DNA of 63,161 nucleotides, filler included, from Octopus bimaculoides (lineage: Eukaryota): assembly GCF_001194135.2 (NCBI RefSeq). It is 8 parts of 8 records of this genome, joined end to end, with 100 filler letters (N's around TTAATTAATTAA, not from the genome) between each part and the next. Parts side by side here need not be neighbours in the genome. Positions count along the whole stretch, not along the records: positions 35,071 to 42,656 come from NC_068988.1; positions 42,757 to 47,064 come from NC_068981.1; positions 47,165 to 51,059 come from NC_069003.1; positions 51,160 to 59,109 come from NC_068990.1; 4 more parts are not named here. One strand, written 5' to 3'. Numbering within the stretch: position 1 is the stretch's first letter; each line of letters begins with the position of its first letter. This document shows, in pieces, positions 40,624 through 52,768 of this stretch. The notes beneath the pieces were generated by a model, which did not search any database, had not been told where the DNA came from, and saw nothing but the letters and a program-made list of their open reading frames with translations. The position numbers and the translations under genes are program-made.

Positions 40624-41256
40624 TCTGTAAACTGACACCATTGTATATGGCTATCTCTACAAAATTACCCCGAGAACTATTCGACTAGTTTCGATCGATT
40701 ATTACCGACTTGTCAAGTATACCAAATGTATCTACGAGTGCCGAGCAGTTCTTGTGTTTATTCTACAATGGTCTTATCACAGTGTGCATATTTACAATAA
40801 ATTGATACTTGACGTATAAAGATAAATTTAGAATTCTTTTCCACCCACAATGCACTCTCTCTACCACATCTCTCCTTCAACCTCTCCGTTTTCCTCTCAC
40901 TCCATATATATGTATGTATGTATGTATGTATGTGTGTATGTATGTATGTATGCATGTATGTATGTATGTATGTATGTATGTCTGTTTGTATGCATGTATA
41001 TATGTATGTATGTACATACATGTGGGCATGTATGTCAGTATATATTTATATATGTGTGTGTATACATTTTTACATATGTATAAATAAGTATACATGTAGA
41101 CGCGTGTGTGTGTGTTTGTATTTGTGTTTCCACACACTCATACATGTGTGTGTGTGTGTGTATGTATGTTCTTAACACATAGTCGCATACATTGGAACAT
41201 TAAAACACGTAATGTCCACACACACAGACACACACACGCACACGAATATAGACAAC

Positions 41257-41339
<83 letters not shown>

Positions 41340-41369
41340 GTAGATAGAAAGAAAGATAGATAGATAGAT

Positions 41370-41431
<62 letters not shown>

Positions 41432-42092
41432 CGATAGATAGATGCTTNNNNNNNNNNNNNNNNNNNNNNNNNNNNNNNNNNNNNNNNNNNNNNNNNNNNN
41501 NNNNNNNNNNNNNNNNNNNNNNNNNNNNNNNNNNNNNNNNNNNNNNNNNNNNNNNNNNNNNNNNNNNNNNNNNNNNNNNNNNNNNNNNNNNNNNNNNNNN
41601 NNNNNNNNNNNNNNNNNNNNNNNNNNNNNNNNNNNNNNNNNNNNNNNNNNNNNNNNNNNNNNNNNNNNNNNNNNNNNNNNNNNNNNNNNNNNNNNNNNNG
41701 GCGGTGGTGCTGGTGGTGGTGCTGGTGGTGTTGGTGGCGGTGGCGGTGGTGGTGGTGGTGGTGGTGGTGGTGATGTAAATGGTACCATTAATGGTAATAA
41801 TAGTCTTGATGGTTTGGAGTTAGTAGTCCCAGAAAATAGAAAAATAATTTGTACGGTAGTGTGTATATGCATGTATTCATGTATGTAAATATTTATGTGT
41901 GTGTTTGTTGATGCTTATATTTCTTTGTATGTGCTGCTATATATTTATATATGTGGTTGTAAATAAGTGTATGTGTATGTGTGTGTTCGTGTATGTAGGT
42001 GTTTGCTTGAGTATATGTTTATATGAGTGTTATTTGCACATATATATATATTTACACGCGAGGGTTTTTATATGCATATATCGATATATGAG

Positions 42093-42148
<56 letters not shown>

Positions 42149-42295
42149 TGTTTGTACATGTATGCAGGGTGTCTATATATTTATGTATCTAACACATTTC
42201 TCCCTCTCTGTACACACACACACACACGCACATATATATGTATGTGTATATGTGTGTGTGTGTGCGAGAGAGAGAGAGGGAGAGAGAGAGAGGGG

Positions 42296-42326
<31 letters not shown>

Positions 42327-42597
42327 GAGAAAGTGTGAGAGAACATGTGTGTATGTCTGGAAGCATTTGTAAGAATACTCCAATATGGTTATCTACGCAA
42401 AAGCGCTATGTGTGCTTTTGTATTTCTGTAAGTACTTACCTGTTCGCGAACACGTGCTGGTGCGTCTGCATGTATGTGACAGTGGTGGCTAAATGTGTCT
42501 AGGTATGCGAAAATGGACTTCTATAAATACACATACGAATATATTAGTGCGTGCATATTTATGTACGTACGTATATATGTGTGTATGTATGCATGTA

Positions 42598-42656
<59 letters not shown>

Positions 42657-42756
42657 NNNNNNNNNNNNNNNNNNNNNNNNNNNNNNNNNNNNNNNNNNNN
42701 TTAATTAATTAANNNNNNNNNNNNNNNNNNNNNNNNNNNNNNNNNNNNNNNNNNNN

Positions 42757-43448
42757 ATGGAAGCCGAATTCTTGCTATGCTTAGCTGAATGAACTTGGGA
42801 AGGGTTATACGCTATCACACGTGAGTTTTGACGGTTTGCAACTTCGTCTACCATGAACTTCATCCACGAAGACGCGGACGATTCCGCCACGATGTTTCAG
42901 ATGACTAAGATGTCTGGGACTTCTTTTAAGGTGAATAGCTTTGGAGACGGTACTTAGGATGTTACTGTGTCTCCTCCCATACAATTTCATATGGAAGTCT
43001 TTTCTCACAGCCCTAGAAACGCTCATTTGACTGATTCCTCGATCTTGAGCCTACTTCGCTATCGATTTTAATGGATTCGATTCAATGGATCTTTTAAGCG
43101 CTGTTAAGAAGCAAGTTGTGCGTTTTCGATCACTACGAGAACTGTGAGGCTTTCTCCAAACATCCTGGGTTTTCTTCAAATTGACTACAACTCTAAAAAC
43201 AGTGGATTTGGTATACTTTGTAGCGCTAACAATTTCCCCAGCACTTTTGCCGGCGCGGGATAATTCGGCAATTACACTTCTACGGCTTAATTCTTTACTG
43301 ACATTTACAATTTGTTCAATCAGAAATAAAAAAAATAGTATAAGCGGTTATTGAAGGTAGTAATATTTAAAATTTAGACTCCAACAAAATCTACACAATT
43401 AGATATAAATCCATTTGAAATTTCTCCCAATTTACCTTTTACACCATA
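42757..43448 (-). mobile_element. Tc1/mariner transposon 5' part, DD37D/maT-like, decayed; remainder in gap
   Basis: HTH ELSRAGKSAGEIVSATKYTKSTVFRVV; RVFVDE / KFMVDEVANRQNSRVIAY...KHSKNSAS. The end abuts (TA)n at 43447. Confidence 0.75.
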
Positions 43449-43679
43449 TATATATATATATATTATATCTTTTATCATTTTGCTTGTCTCAGTCATCGTG
43501 GCCATGCTAGGGAACCGGGTTGAGGAAGAGTTTTTAGTTGACTGTATTGACCCCAGTACTTATTCTTTTTGCAGCCTGGTACTTATGTTATCGGTTTCTT
43601 TGGTTGAAGCGCTAAGTTACGAGGGTGCAAGTATGGACAAGTTCACTATTTCTCAGCTGGTAACTGTTTTGTTACCTCT

Positions 43680-44101
43680 TCTGTAGCAAATCTGACTTCA
43701 ATTGTGCCATATTTCTTACCCCTCGACAGGTATACTTCGTCTTTTCAAATGGGTTGCAAGCACTTTTCAACTGCTTGCTTTGTGGCAGTTTCTAAACGTC
43801 TACCCTTTAAAGATATAGCTTTGTACACTATGGTACGTTTGTTTGTATCGTCTATAATATCTGGAGGTATGTTTATCGAAACACATCTTACACTTTTTCT
43901 TTTTAGCATGTTTCTGTAGTCTTTGAGAGATTCTACGGAAACATTAATAAATTCATTTCTAAGCTTTGTCATTGAAGCAAAACCTCGGCTGTTTAATGTA
44001 CTAGGTTGTCTTTGTTGTTTTTTAGTGTTCAATGTGTTTGTGTTAGTGGTGGTAGTGGGAGGGCTTGGATAAACAAGTGCTGCAACGCTAGCAGCATCCA
44101 T
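43680..44101 (-). mobile_element. Possible retrotransposon ORF1-like N-terminal fragment (Tx1/L1-type?)
   Basis: Non-repetitive 118-aa ORF, continuing past a stop as KDEVYLSRGKKYGTIEVRFATEE. Resemblance to ORF1 proteins is from recall only. Confidence 0.3.
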
Positions 44102-45409
44102 TAGCTGAATTTCCTTGCTCTTTCCCTCTTATTTCTCGCGTTTTGCTTCTCCTTTTTCCTTCTGTTGCTCAGCGATGCACGTGTTAGCAAGACTTTGGTC
44201 GTCTCTCTCTCCGCCTTTTAAGGCGCGGAGAGGGCGGAGACAATTGATTTTAAAACTTTCTTGGCTCTTTTCCAACAGCAGCGGGGAGAAGTCAAAAAGA
44301 AAGGAAGAGCTGATACTCTTCTCCAAGGACATTTTGCAAATTTTAAAATTGAAAAATGAAAAAATGGAGAATTTAAATTGAAAATTCGCTCCAAAAGGAG
44401 TAAAGTCCTACCTAACCGCTTAGCTCAGCAAGATCCCAGTCGGCCTGGCCACAGAAATGTCGTAAAAAAATTTTCAGATACAACAATATCATCTGTAAAA
44501 ATTGGACAAAATCTTACAGCTCACGAACACACATCCTTCCTACTTGAAATCCACGGGCAGAGTGTATAATAATCGATAATATTAATCTGCCAACTTGTTC
44601 TTTTTGTACATACCTGTGGTATATGTCACACTTGCTTCAAAGAAGTGAGTGGCAGAGCGAGAGAGAGGAGGACAGGTAGGAAGTAAGTGAGAAAGAGAGT
44701 GAGAGAGAAAGAGAGAGATGTAAGAGACAGTGAGTGGTGACAGCGTTTATTTTGTGTTTTTAAATGTTTATTACATCGCAAGAAAAGTAGATACATAGAT
44801 ACATACACACGTTGTTAAACTAAAAGCGGGAGCGAGGAAGTAAAAGAGAAAGAGAAAAGTGAGAGAGACAGTAGATACATAGATCGAAAGAAATGCTGAT
44901 ACAAAGATACATAGACACAGCAAATATTGGATGTCACTTACACCTTTCATTACCACACGAGGATAAAATTAACTCGCAAGTGGCTGATTACTCCACAGAC
45001 GTGCATATCTTTAACGTAGTTCTCCAGGAGATTCAGCCTCACACAGAATATGACAAGGCTGGAAAAGTTCAAGTGATTGCAAGAAAATGAAAAAAGATCC
45101 TATATAGGGGCAGGAAAATCTTTTTAGTCATTAAGGTCACTATAGATTCTAATCCGGTCCTAACAGCGGCATTTGTCGGTCTCACAAATCTGGAGGTCAA
45201 GCCCCCAGTTAAACACCGATGCACAGGCTGTTGTTATCAAACTGAGCGTGAGTCGAGTGCGAATACACGACGGAATAACAATTAATTCATCCTAGCTTTC
45301 ACTGCTTATACTAAACACGACATTTTTTCCTTACGATATGGAATATTTCCCTTTCTTTCATTTTTTTATTTAACGGCATTCTGTCGGCCACGACGACAAG
45401 GTTTCTCTT

Positions 45410-45690
45410 TATATGATCAACGTACAATCTGCTCGCAAAACTAATACGCAAATGGCTAAGTACTCCACAGACATACCATGAGGTAGTTCTCAGGGTGATT
45501 CAGCCTCACACAGAATGTGACTAGGCTGACCCCTTTGAATTACAGGTACAACTCACTTTTGCCAGCTGAGTGGACTGCAGCAACGTAAAGTAAAATACCT
45601 TGCTCAAAAACACAGCGCGCCGCTGAGAATTGTACTCATGACTTTAAGATAGTGGGCTGAATACCCCTAACTTCTGAGCCACACACTTTT
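45410..45690 (-). mobile_element. tRNA-derived SINE, here 'family D' (CORE-like box plus the central block shared with family C); a second fragment lies at ~44970-45065
   Basis: Reverse complement shows a head GTGTGGCTCAGAAGTTAGG, then GTGTTTTTGAGCAAGGTATTTTACTTTACGTTGC, then TTCAAAGGGGTCAGCCTAGTCACATTCTGTG. Confidence 0.7.
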
Positions 45691-46204
45691 ACTCTCTTAA
45701 CCATAGAGAAAAGGAGTGAAGAAATATAGACAGAGAAAGGAAAGCCTCAGTCATTTACAATGACAATTAAACTGAAATATGATTGATCTTTTCTAGCTTC
45801 TTTACTTTTAACAATGAAGAAGAGCGAAAGACATTAAGTAATGTATATAGCGAAAGTCTTTCATGTGTGTACGTTATTATTCTGCGAGTTCTAGAACGAT
45901 CGACTGTTAGTTCTCTCTTCTTTCCCTCACCCCCGGTTCTTATTTGCCTTCTTTCAAAGTTCTTAGAGTCTTTTAGTTATGGGGGGGGGGAGACTATGTT
46001 GTATTTTTTCAGGCACGTTTAACGTTTTCTCTACAAACTACAATCAAGCCCTCTCCCTTCCTTTTATTTTCATACAAAAACTAATGCAAATTTCGAACGG
46101 GGTATAGCTGCAAAAAGAGCCCAGAAAAATGGGTAACACCCCCTACAATGGGTGCAGGAGAAAAGTTGCCAACAGGTAACTACACGAAGTTCAACTCAAT
46201 ACTT

Positions 46205-46294
46205 TAAAGAGTGTCTTCTATTATAGCCTTGGGCTGACCAAAGCCTCGTGAGTGAATTTGGTAGACGGAAACAGAAAGAAGCCCGTCATATATA

Positions 46295-46333
<39 letters not shown>

Positions 46334-46550
46334 TTTATGTGTGTGTGTTTGCGTCTGTGCTTGTCCCATCACCATCACCATTGTTTGACAACTGATTTCC
46401 GTGTGTTTCCATCCCCGTAACTTAGCTGTTCAGCAGAAAAGACTGATAGAATAAGCTGACAGGGAATAAGTCCAGTTCTTCTACTACAGGGCGGTGCTCC
46501 AGCATGATCACCGTCAAATGACTTAAATAGGTAAAAGAATAAAAGAATAC
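46205..46550 (+). mobile_element. SINE family A, 5'-truncated
   Basis: GTGTCTTCTATTATAGCCTTGGGCTGACCAAAGCC...GGCGGTGCTCCAGCATG. Confidence 0.85.
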
Positions 46551-46793
46551 CAGAAGAATGTTCCGTATCACTAAACCAAAAGGTTCTTTGAATATGTACG
46601 TTGTATTTTAAGGCTAAATAGTAATTCTGTTTACGTTTGCGTATTTTAGTTGGCTTATATAGTCATCAGTTTTATACGTCTTTCTATATACTTTAACTGA
46701 CACAACATAGAAACATTTCTCATAGTACCAGTACACAATTTACAAATACTTACATTTTTTATATTTTCCGTGAATTTTTCACGGGTCCAGCTA

Positions 46794-46794
<1 letters not shown>

Positions 46795-46846
<52 letters not shown>
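46795..46846. repeat. (TAA)n microsatellite at the 5' junction of a Dong-like copy
   Basis: Pure TAA run running directly into coding sequence. Confidence 0.95.
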
Positions 46847-46847
<1 letters not shown>

Positions 46848-47064
46848 GAAAAACAGTCAGCCACCTTCTATATATGGATGACCTAAAATTATATGCAAAA
46901 AACGACAAAGAGCTAGAAACACTACTACAGACAGTACACGGCTTTACCAAGGAAATAGAAATGAAATTCGGATTAGAAAAATGTGCCAAAGCAACCCTGA
47001 AAAGAGGAAAATTAGTTAAAAGTAGCAATATAACACTAGATAAAGCCAATGAAATAAGAGAACT
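46844..47064 (+). mobile_element. R4/Dong-clade RT catalytic fragment, 5'-truncated, open until the gap
   Basis: NGKTVSHLLYMDDLKLYAKNDKELETLLQTVHGFTKEIEMKFGLEKCAKATLKRGKL: YMDD and FGLxKC motifs, no stops. Confidence 0.92.
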
Positions 47065-47164
47065 NNNNNNNNNNNNNNNNNNNNNNNNNNNNNNNNNNNN
47101 NNNNNNNNTTAATTAATTAANNNNNNNNNNNNNNNNNNNNNNNNNNNNNNNNNNNNNNNNNNNN

Positions 47165-47198
<34 letters not shown>

Positions 47199-47619
47199 AA
47201 GGTGTGTGGCTTTGTGGTTAAGATGCCCGGATTAAATTTGAGAGTTTGCATAAAAGGAAAAGAAAACACAATAGCCCATCCCAAAATTAAACGTATTTTA
47301 AAACAACATAAAGCATCGACTAGATTATGGCTGGGAGATAACAAAAGGAGCTGCCTCAGCTTCCAATCTGCCATACGACGACTCCGGGGTCTGGCGCATG
47401 CCTTGCTCACACTGTTCATGGGAAGATTTGTGATTACGTCCTTGGTCATGGTCAATAGTTGGATTCGATCGACAGAAGTTCTTCAAAGCGGTGCCTCAAT
47501 ATGCCCGCTATCTAATGACTGAAACACATAAAAGTATATATATATATATATATATATATAAATCCAGGAATCGGCGTATAGGCTGAGAGTTAGCTTCGAG
47601 TAAGCCGTAGTGAATATAT

Positions 47620-47750
47620 ATAAAAAAACAACTTTCAGGAATCGAAGTGTCTTGCTCAAGATCACAACACACAGCCCGTTCCAGGAATCGAACTCACACC
47701 CTCATGAAAGGGACCCTGATGCTCTAACCACTGAGCCATGCACCTTCACT
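47620..47750 (-). mobile_element. SINE family D head fragment
   Basis: Minus strand GTGAAGGTGCATGGCTCAGTGGTTAGAGC...GTTCGATTCCTGG...GATCTTGAGCAAGACACTT. Confidence 0.75.
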
Positions 47751-50056
47751 GCAGATTTAGTAGATATATTAAGTATAATAAATACAAGCTATGCAACAGA
47801 AGCAGCTTAATAATCAAAACATTATTAATCTACCTTATCTAATTTGCGTTGCTTAAACGCCGGATGCTGCGGCTTTCGTCCGAGAGAGAACCCTTTCAAG
47901 GCGTATAGTATTAAAAACACGTTATGCTTCAGGAAATGAAATTGCCGCGATTTTTTACTGAACAATTTGTTATACTTTAAAATATACATTTGCGTACTGG
48001 GAGATCGGACAACAAGAAGTTTTTCGTCTTTGAATTTCGTTTTCCTACTGGAGATTATATAATATATTACTACGTGAAAACCACATTAAATACCCAACAA
48101 ATTCACAATTTCATGTGTAACAACTCAGAATGCTGCGCGTCGAATTGTAAACTATACGAAGTAGTGAGATGCAGAAAAGAAAGACAAAAATGACCACATC
48201 TTATATTGATTTAAAGAATATGATGTTGGGATTATATTAAATTCTTAGTTTCAAGTCTCCTCGTTCTCATTTACAGGGGATTTACGTGTTTAAGAACTTA
48301 AATGCATCGAATCAAACTTGAAAAATATCATTAAGTAACCAAAATTAATGAGTCAACTGATTATCAGTTTGTGTTGTCTTTAATTAGCAAATATTTCAGT
48401 AAAAAGAGACTTTTGATTTATGTAAGTGGATGAAATTAGAATTTAATTGCCGTTAAATACGCCTAAGTAGAAAAAAAAATAATACAAATATCTATACATT
48501 GTTAAAAAAGATTTCTGTTAAATTGTATGGAATCTTATGGGTTCATGACAAGCGTTTAAGTAGTTTAGTTTGGGTTCATATGGTTTCAGGTTCTATTCTA
48601 CAAGCAAAAATTGAATTGTCAGAAGACAACTTTACCTTCCATCCTCTCGAGATCGATAAATTATATTAATTAAATCAAGTACTAGGATCGATGTGACTGA
48701 CTTCTCCATCTCCTCAATATTGCTGGGCCTTTAGCAAAAAAGCCAAACAAATAAACAAACAAACAAACAGAAATAGTTGTAAATTTCATTTCATTTCAAA
48801 CATGATATAAACAGATATAGCAGCCTTTGTGTGCTATTGAAACGAAATTCTACACAGTGGCTCATCCTGCTAGAAATTGCAGCCAATATAATAACCTTCT
48901 CTGAAATCAAATCTAACGTCTTTAAAACAACGGCATTAGAAAATATTCTGTAACGCAACCCCAAGCATAACCTCCACCGCCACCACCACTACCGTCACCG
49001 CTCCCACCACCGCCGGCATCACCACCATTACCACGGGCACCACCACCACCACCACAACCACCGCCGTCATCACCACCACCACTACCGCCATCACCGCCGT
49101 CATTACCGTTATCACCACCACCACCACCACCACCACCGTCACCACCGTCACCGCCACCAATAGCATCTCCACTGATACCACTGCCGCTGTCACCCCTCCA
49201 CTACCGCCACCATCACATCTACCACCAGGAGCAGCAAAAGCAACAACAATATTCCGAGAGTTTTAATTAGATGCAAAAAAAAAAAAAAGAAGATTTCTAT
49301 GCGTCAGTGTTTCTCAAATACTCAATGAATCGTATGTTGTAACTCCCTGAAGTCGATGGGTTTGTTTTGTCTCCATTCAATGTATGATGAGAAAATCCTC
49401 CGAGATGAGCGATCTAAATCAAGTACTAAGCATCTGGTGACTGCATTCAGCGACGATATATCAAATCTACTTTGCAGCCACTTAAGTTCACCTCATGTTA
49501 ATTCTCTTGGCATTTAATGTAAATACCAGATATCCTCTGATATAATTTTCTGTTCTACTTTAGGAAGAAGACTTAAAGCAGCACGCCTTGCATATTTTAC
49601 TAAATATCTCTCCATAAGTCGATGAAAATATCAATTTTCACTTTTAAAATAACTATATTTATTGAAAAGATATATCAGTAGACCATTTTCTTTCGAAATA
49701 TATTTCCATTAGAATGCCGTAATGAATTCTTCTGTTCCTGCCGTGCTACATATCTTTCTGTGAATGGCATTTTTGTAGTAATATTGCAAATTTCAAATAA
49801 GAAGAAATATATTCTTGAAAGGTCTCGGGGTTCATGAAAGAAGGATTCAGAACTAACTGCGCAGATCATTAATTTTTATATTTCGGAACATGGTCAACAA
49901 CAGAATAAAACTTCTAAGTTCTGTTTTTGATTACGTTTTGGGTGCTGATTCCAAAACTGACCTCAGATTTGCTCAATCACATTTTCGTGCCATCGGTATA
50001 TACCATGGAAAGACGGTTGAAATCTGATCTTATGACAGATGAATTAAATACCCCTA

Positions 50057-50295
50057 CAGGATGTTCGAGGTGCGTGGCTTAGTGGTTAGGGGTATTAGAC
50101 TAATGATTGCAAGACTGTAGTTTCAATTTTTGGACCGGTCGAAGCGTTGTGTTCTTGAGCAGAATACTTCATTTTACGTTGCTTCAGACCATCCAGCCGA
50201 CAAAAATAAATATTCCCTGCAATGGAATGGAGTCCCGTCCAGGGAAAGAAATACATTAGCCATGGAAACCACAAAACTGCCCCTATGAGTTTCAG
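50057..50295 (+). mobile_element. SINE family D-type, diverged
   Basis: GAGGTGCGTGGCTTAGTGGTTAGGG...GTGTTCTTGAGCAGAATACTTCATTTTACGTTGC. Confidence 0.7.
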
Positions 50296-51651
50296 AAAGA
50301 ACCACAGGCTGATGGACGGGCGGAAATATTAGAGGATGTAACTGTTTTGCCTTTCGCAGCATTCTGAGTTCAAGGCTCGCTTCCAATCACGGGTTTCTTC
50401 GTTGCGCTGAACAAGTCCCTTGAGACCTCACTAAGGCTAATAAATCTCCTACGTCATAAAGAACGATGGTGTTCATGAGAGTAACACATTATTCGAATCA
50501 ATATATATGAATACAGATTCTCCACCGAAACGAAACAAGCACTATGACAGACAAAAATTTGATTAGTTACAAGAAGTAAAACAGAAAGACAGCAAGCAAT
50601 TATGAATATTACAGTAATACATCAACATCGTATTGAATTATTCTCTATCACAGACGGACGTCGAACCCGAAAGGTCAGATTCTGCACCTCAGCGCGGAAT
50701 AAGTATGTAGCGCCTTCACTTACATTATATTAGATCGATTAAGATCATGTCAAAATGGAGCAGTTACTTTTATCGCATAGTAAACTTGTCACATATGTAA
50801 GTGATTAGGTTTATATAAAATCTGCATCGGTGCTTTTATATAGATTGATTAGAACTTAACAGAGAACGATACAATTAACTACGACAAAATACTCGTAGAA
50901 AAATAACAATATTTAAGCAAGAAACATGTATCTAGCTTATATATATATATGTGTGTGTGTGTGTGTGCGTATGTGTGTGTGTGTGTGTGTGTGTGCGTGC
51001 GTGTATGTGTGTGTGCGTGTGTGTGAGTGTATGCATATATACGTATATATATATATATANNNNNNNNNNNNNNNNNNNNNNNNNNNNNNNNNNNNNNNNN
51101 NNNTTAATTAATTAANNNNNNNNNNNNNNNNNNNNNNNNNNNNNNNNNNNNNNNNNNNNTTTTTTTTTTTTTTTATTCCTCGTTATCCATTTGTATCTCA
51201 CAGTCGTCGTAGTAGTATAATTACAAAGAAATTATTTCAGCTGTCTTGCAATGAAGACATGTTTCTAAGTTCTTTTCCTTTGCTGTACTGGGTTTCTATT
51301 TAAATTCATTCTGAATATGTTGCTTTGTTTGTTTCTAAAAAGTGGAATGTTAACACCACTCTGCGTTCATTCTCAAAGATCAAATCTTGAATACTTGTTA
51401 TTCTAAGATCTGCAATAATGGTTTCACTGTACTCGCGTGCGGAGAACCAATCAGACCGAAACAAGACTGAAGTTGTCACCTCTCGACTATATTCCGTGTA
51501 TAATTTACATTTCAATGTTGTCTCCCACTACCAGTCATTTATTTATTTATTTATTTGAAACTAGAATGAATATTTTAGAAACTGGTTATTCGTTTGATTG
51601 AGATTTGAACATCAATTAATATATTTTATAAGATAATAACAGTGATCGGTT

Positions 51652-51723
51652 ATCTATGTGGTCAAGTGGTTAGGTTTCCAGCCTCTCACATCGCTGACTC
51701 GGGTTCGATTTCCGGCGGGCAAA
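51652..51723 (+). pseudogene. tRNA-Glu(CTC) pseudogene
   Basis: A box TGGTCAAGTGG, loop CTCTCAC and B box GGTTCGATTTC are retained. Acceptor and anticodon stems are disrupted. Confidence 0.8.
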
Positions 51724-51832
51724 TGAGTTAACTTTTACGGTATATATCGAAAATAAAGTAGTGACGAGCAATTAAAAGCTATGACACGTCCTGATGGAAT
51801 ATGTAATTATAATAAAAGAAAATATCTAACCC

Positions 51833-51905
51833 TCCCATGTGGTCTAGTGGTTAAGATCCCTGGCTTTCACCCAGGCGGTCCCAGGTTCGATTCCTGGCAT
51901 GGGGA
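51833..51905 (+). tRNA. tRNA-Glu-TTC: tRNA-Glu(TTC), variant isodecoder, 73 nt
   Basis: Full cloverleaf TCCCATG/CATGGGG, GTCT/AGAT, CCTGG-CTTTCAC-CCAGG, CCAGG-TTCGATT-CCTGG. A T7 run follows 1 nt downstream. Confidence 0.8.
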
Positions 51906-52454
51906 ATTTTTTTGCTTAGATATAGATTTTTTCTTTTATTCCTCGTTATCCATTTGTATCTAACATCGAATGATGACAGTCGATGCTTTTAAAAAAATTG
52001 TCGTAGTAATATAATTACAAAGAAATTCTTTCAGCTGTCTTGCAATGAAGACATGTTTCTAAGATTTTTACCTTTGCTGTACTGGGTTTCTATTTAGATT
52101 CAATCTGAATTTGTTTCTTTGTTTGCTACTAAAATGTGGAATGTTAACACCACTCTGCGTTCATTCTCAAAGATCAAATCTTGAATACTTGTTATTCTAA
52201 GATCTGCAATAATTGTCACACTGTACTCGCGTGCGGAGGCCCAATCAGACCGAAACAAGACTGGGATTGTCACCTCCCGACTATATTCCGAGTATTATTT
52301 ACATTTCAATGTTGTCTCCCACTACCAGTCATTTATTTAATTCATTTGAAACTAGAATGAATATTTTAGAGACTGGTTATTCGTATGAATGAGGTTTGAA
52401 CATCAATTAATATATTTTTATAAATTAGTAACTTTTGTATGCAGCCGTCGCTTA

Positions 52455-52526
52455 TTCCATGTGGTCTAGTGGTTAGGTTTCCGGGCTCTCATTCAGGTGA
52501 CTCGTTTTCACATCACAGCGTGGGAA
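52455..52526 (+). pseudogene. tRNA-Glu(CTC) pseudogene
   Basis: 5' half is recognisable (loop CTCTCAT). T arm and B box are destroyed (TCGTT-TTCACAT-CACAG). Confidence 0.82.
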
Positions 52527-52768
52527 TGTTGTTTACCTTTTTTGGTATATATTGTCTCATTAGGTCAATTTTATCAAGTTTTCATAGCAATACTATGCAT
52601 ATCATTGGGGCCTTGCTTTCATACAGGCATCCAACAATGATGTTACTTTGTTTCTAGCAACCGGGATATCAGCTCCGATGTTTAGTAGAAATGGAGAAAT
52701 CTAGATGTTTACAAAATCTGTCTTCTTTGTTTTTTAATTTGTAATGTGTTTTATATTGCTGTTTATAT

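Larger units (their letters stand above)
51171..52430 (+). repeat. Tandem segmental duplication of a ~470-bp spacer (51171-51635 vs 51933-52425), each copy followed by a tRNA-Glu(CTC) pseudogene
   Basis: Long near-identical stretches, e.g. AATGTTAACACCACTCTGCGTTCATTCTCAAAGATCAAATCTTGAATACTTGTTATTCTAAGATCTGCAATAAT, occur in both copies. Confidence 0.93.

Noticed and set aside
48960-49240. (CAC/ACC)n tract that could encode a Thr/Pro/His-rich exon; similarly (GGT)n at 41700-41775 and (CAG)n at 30125-30210
   Set aside because: No flanking complex coding sequence or splice context; ordinary trinucleotide microsatellites.
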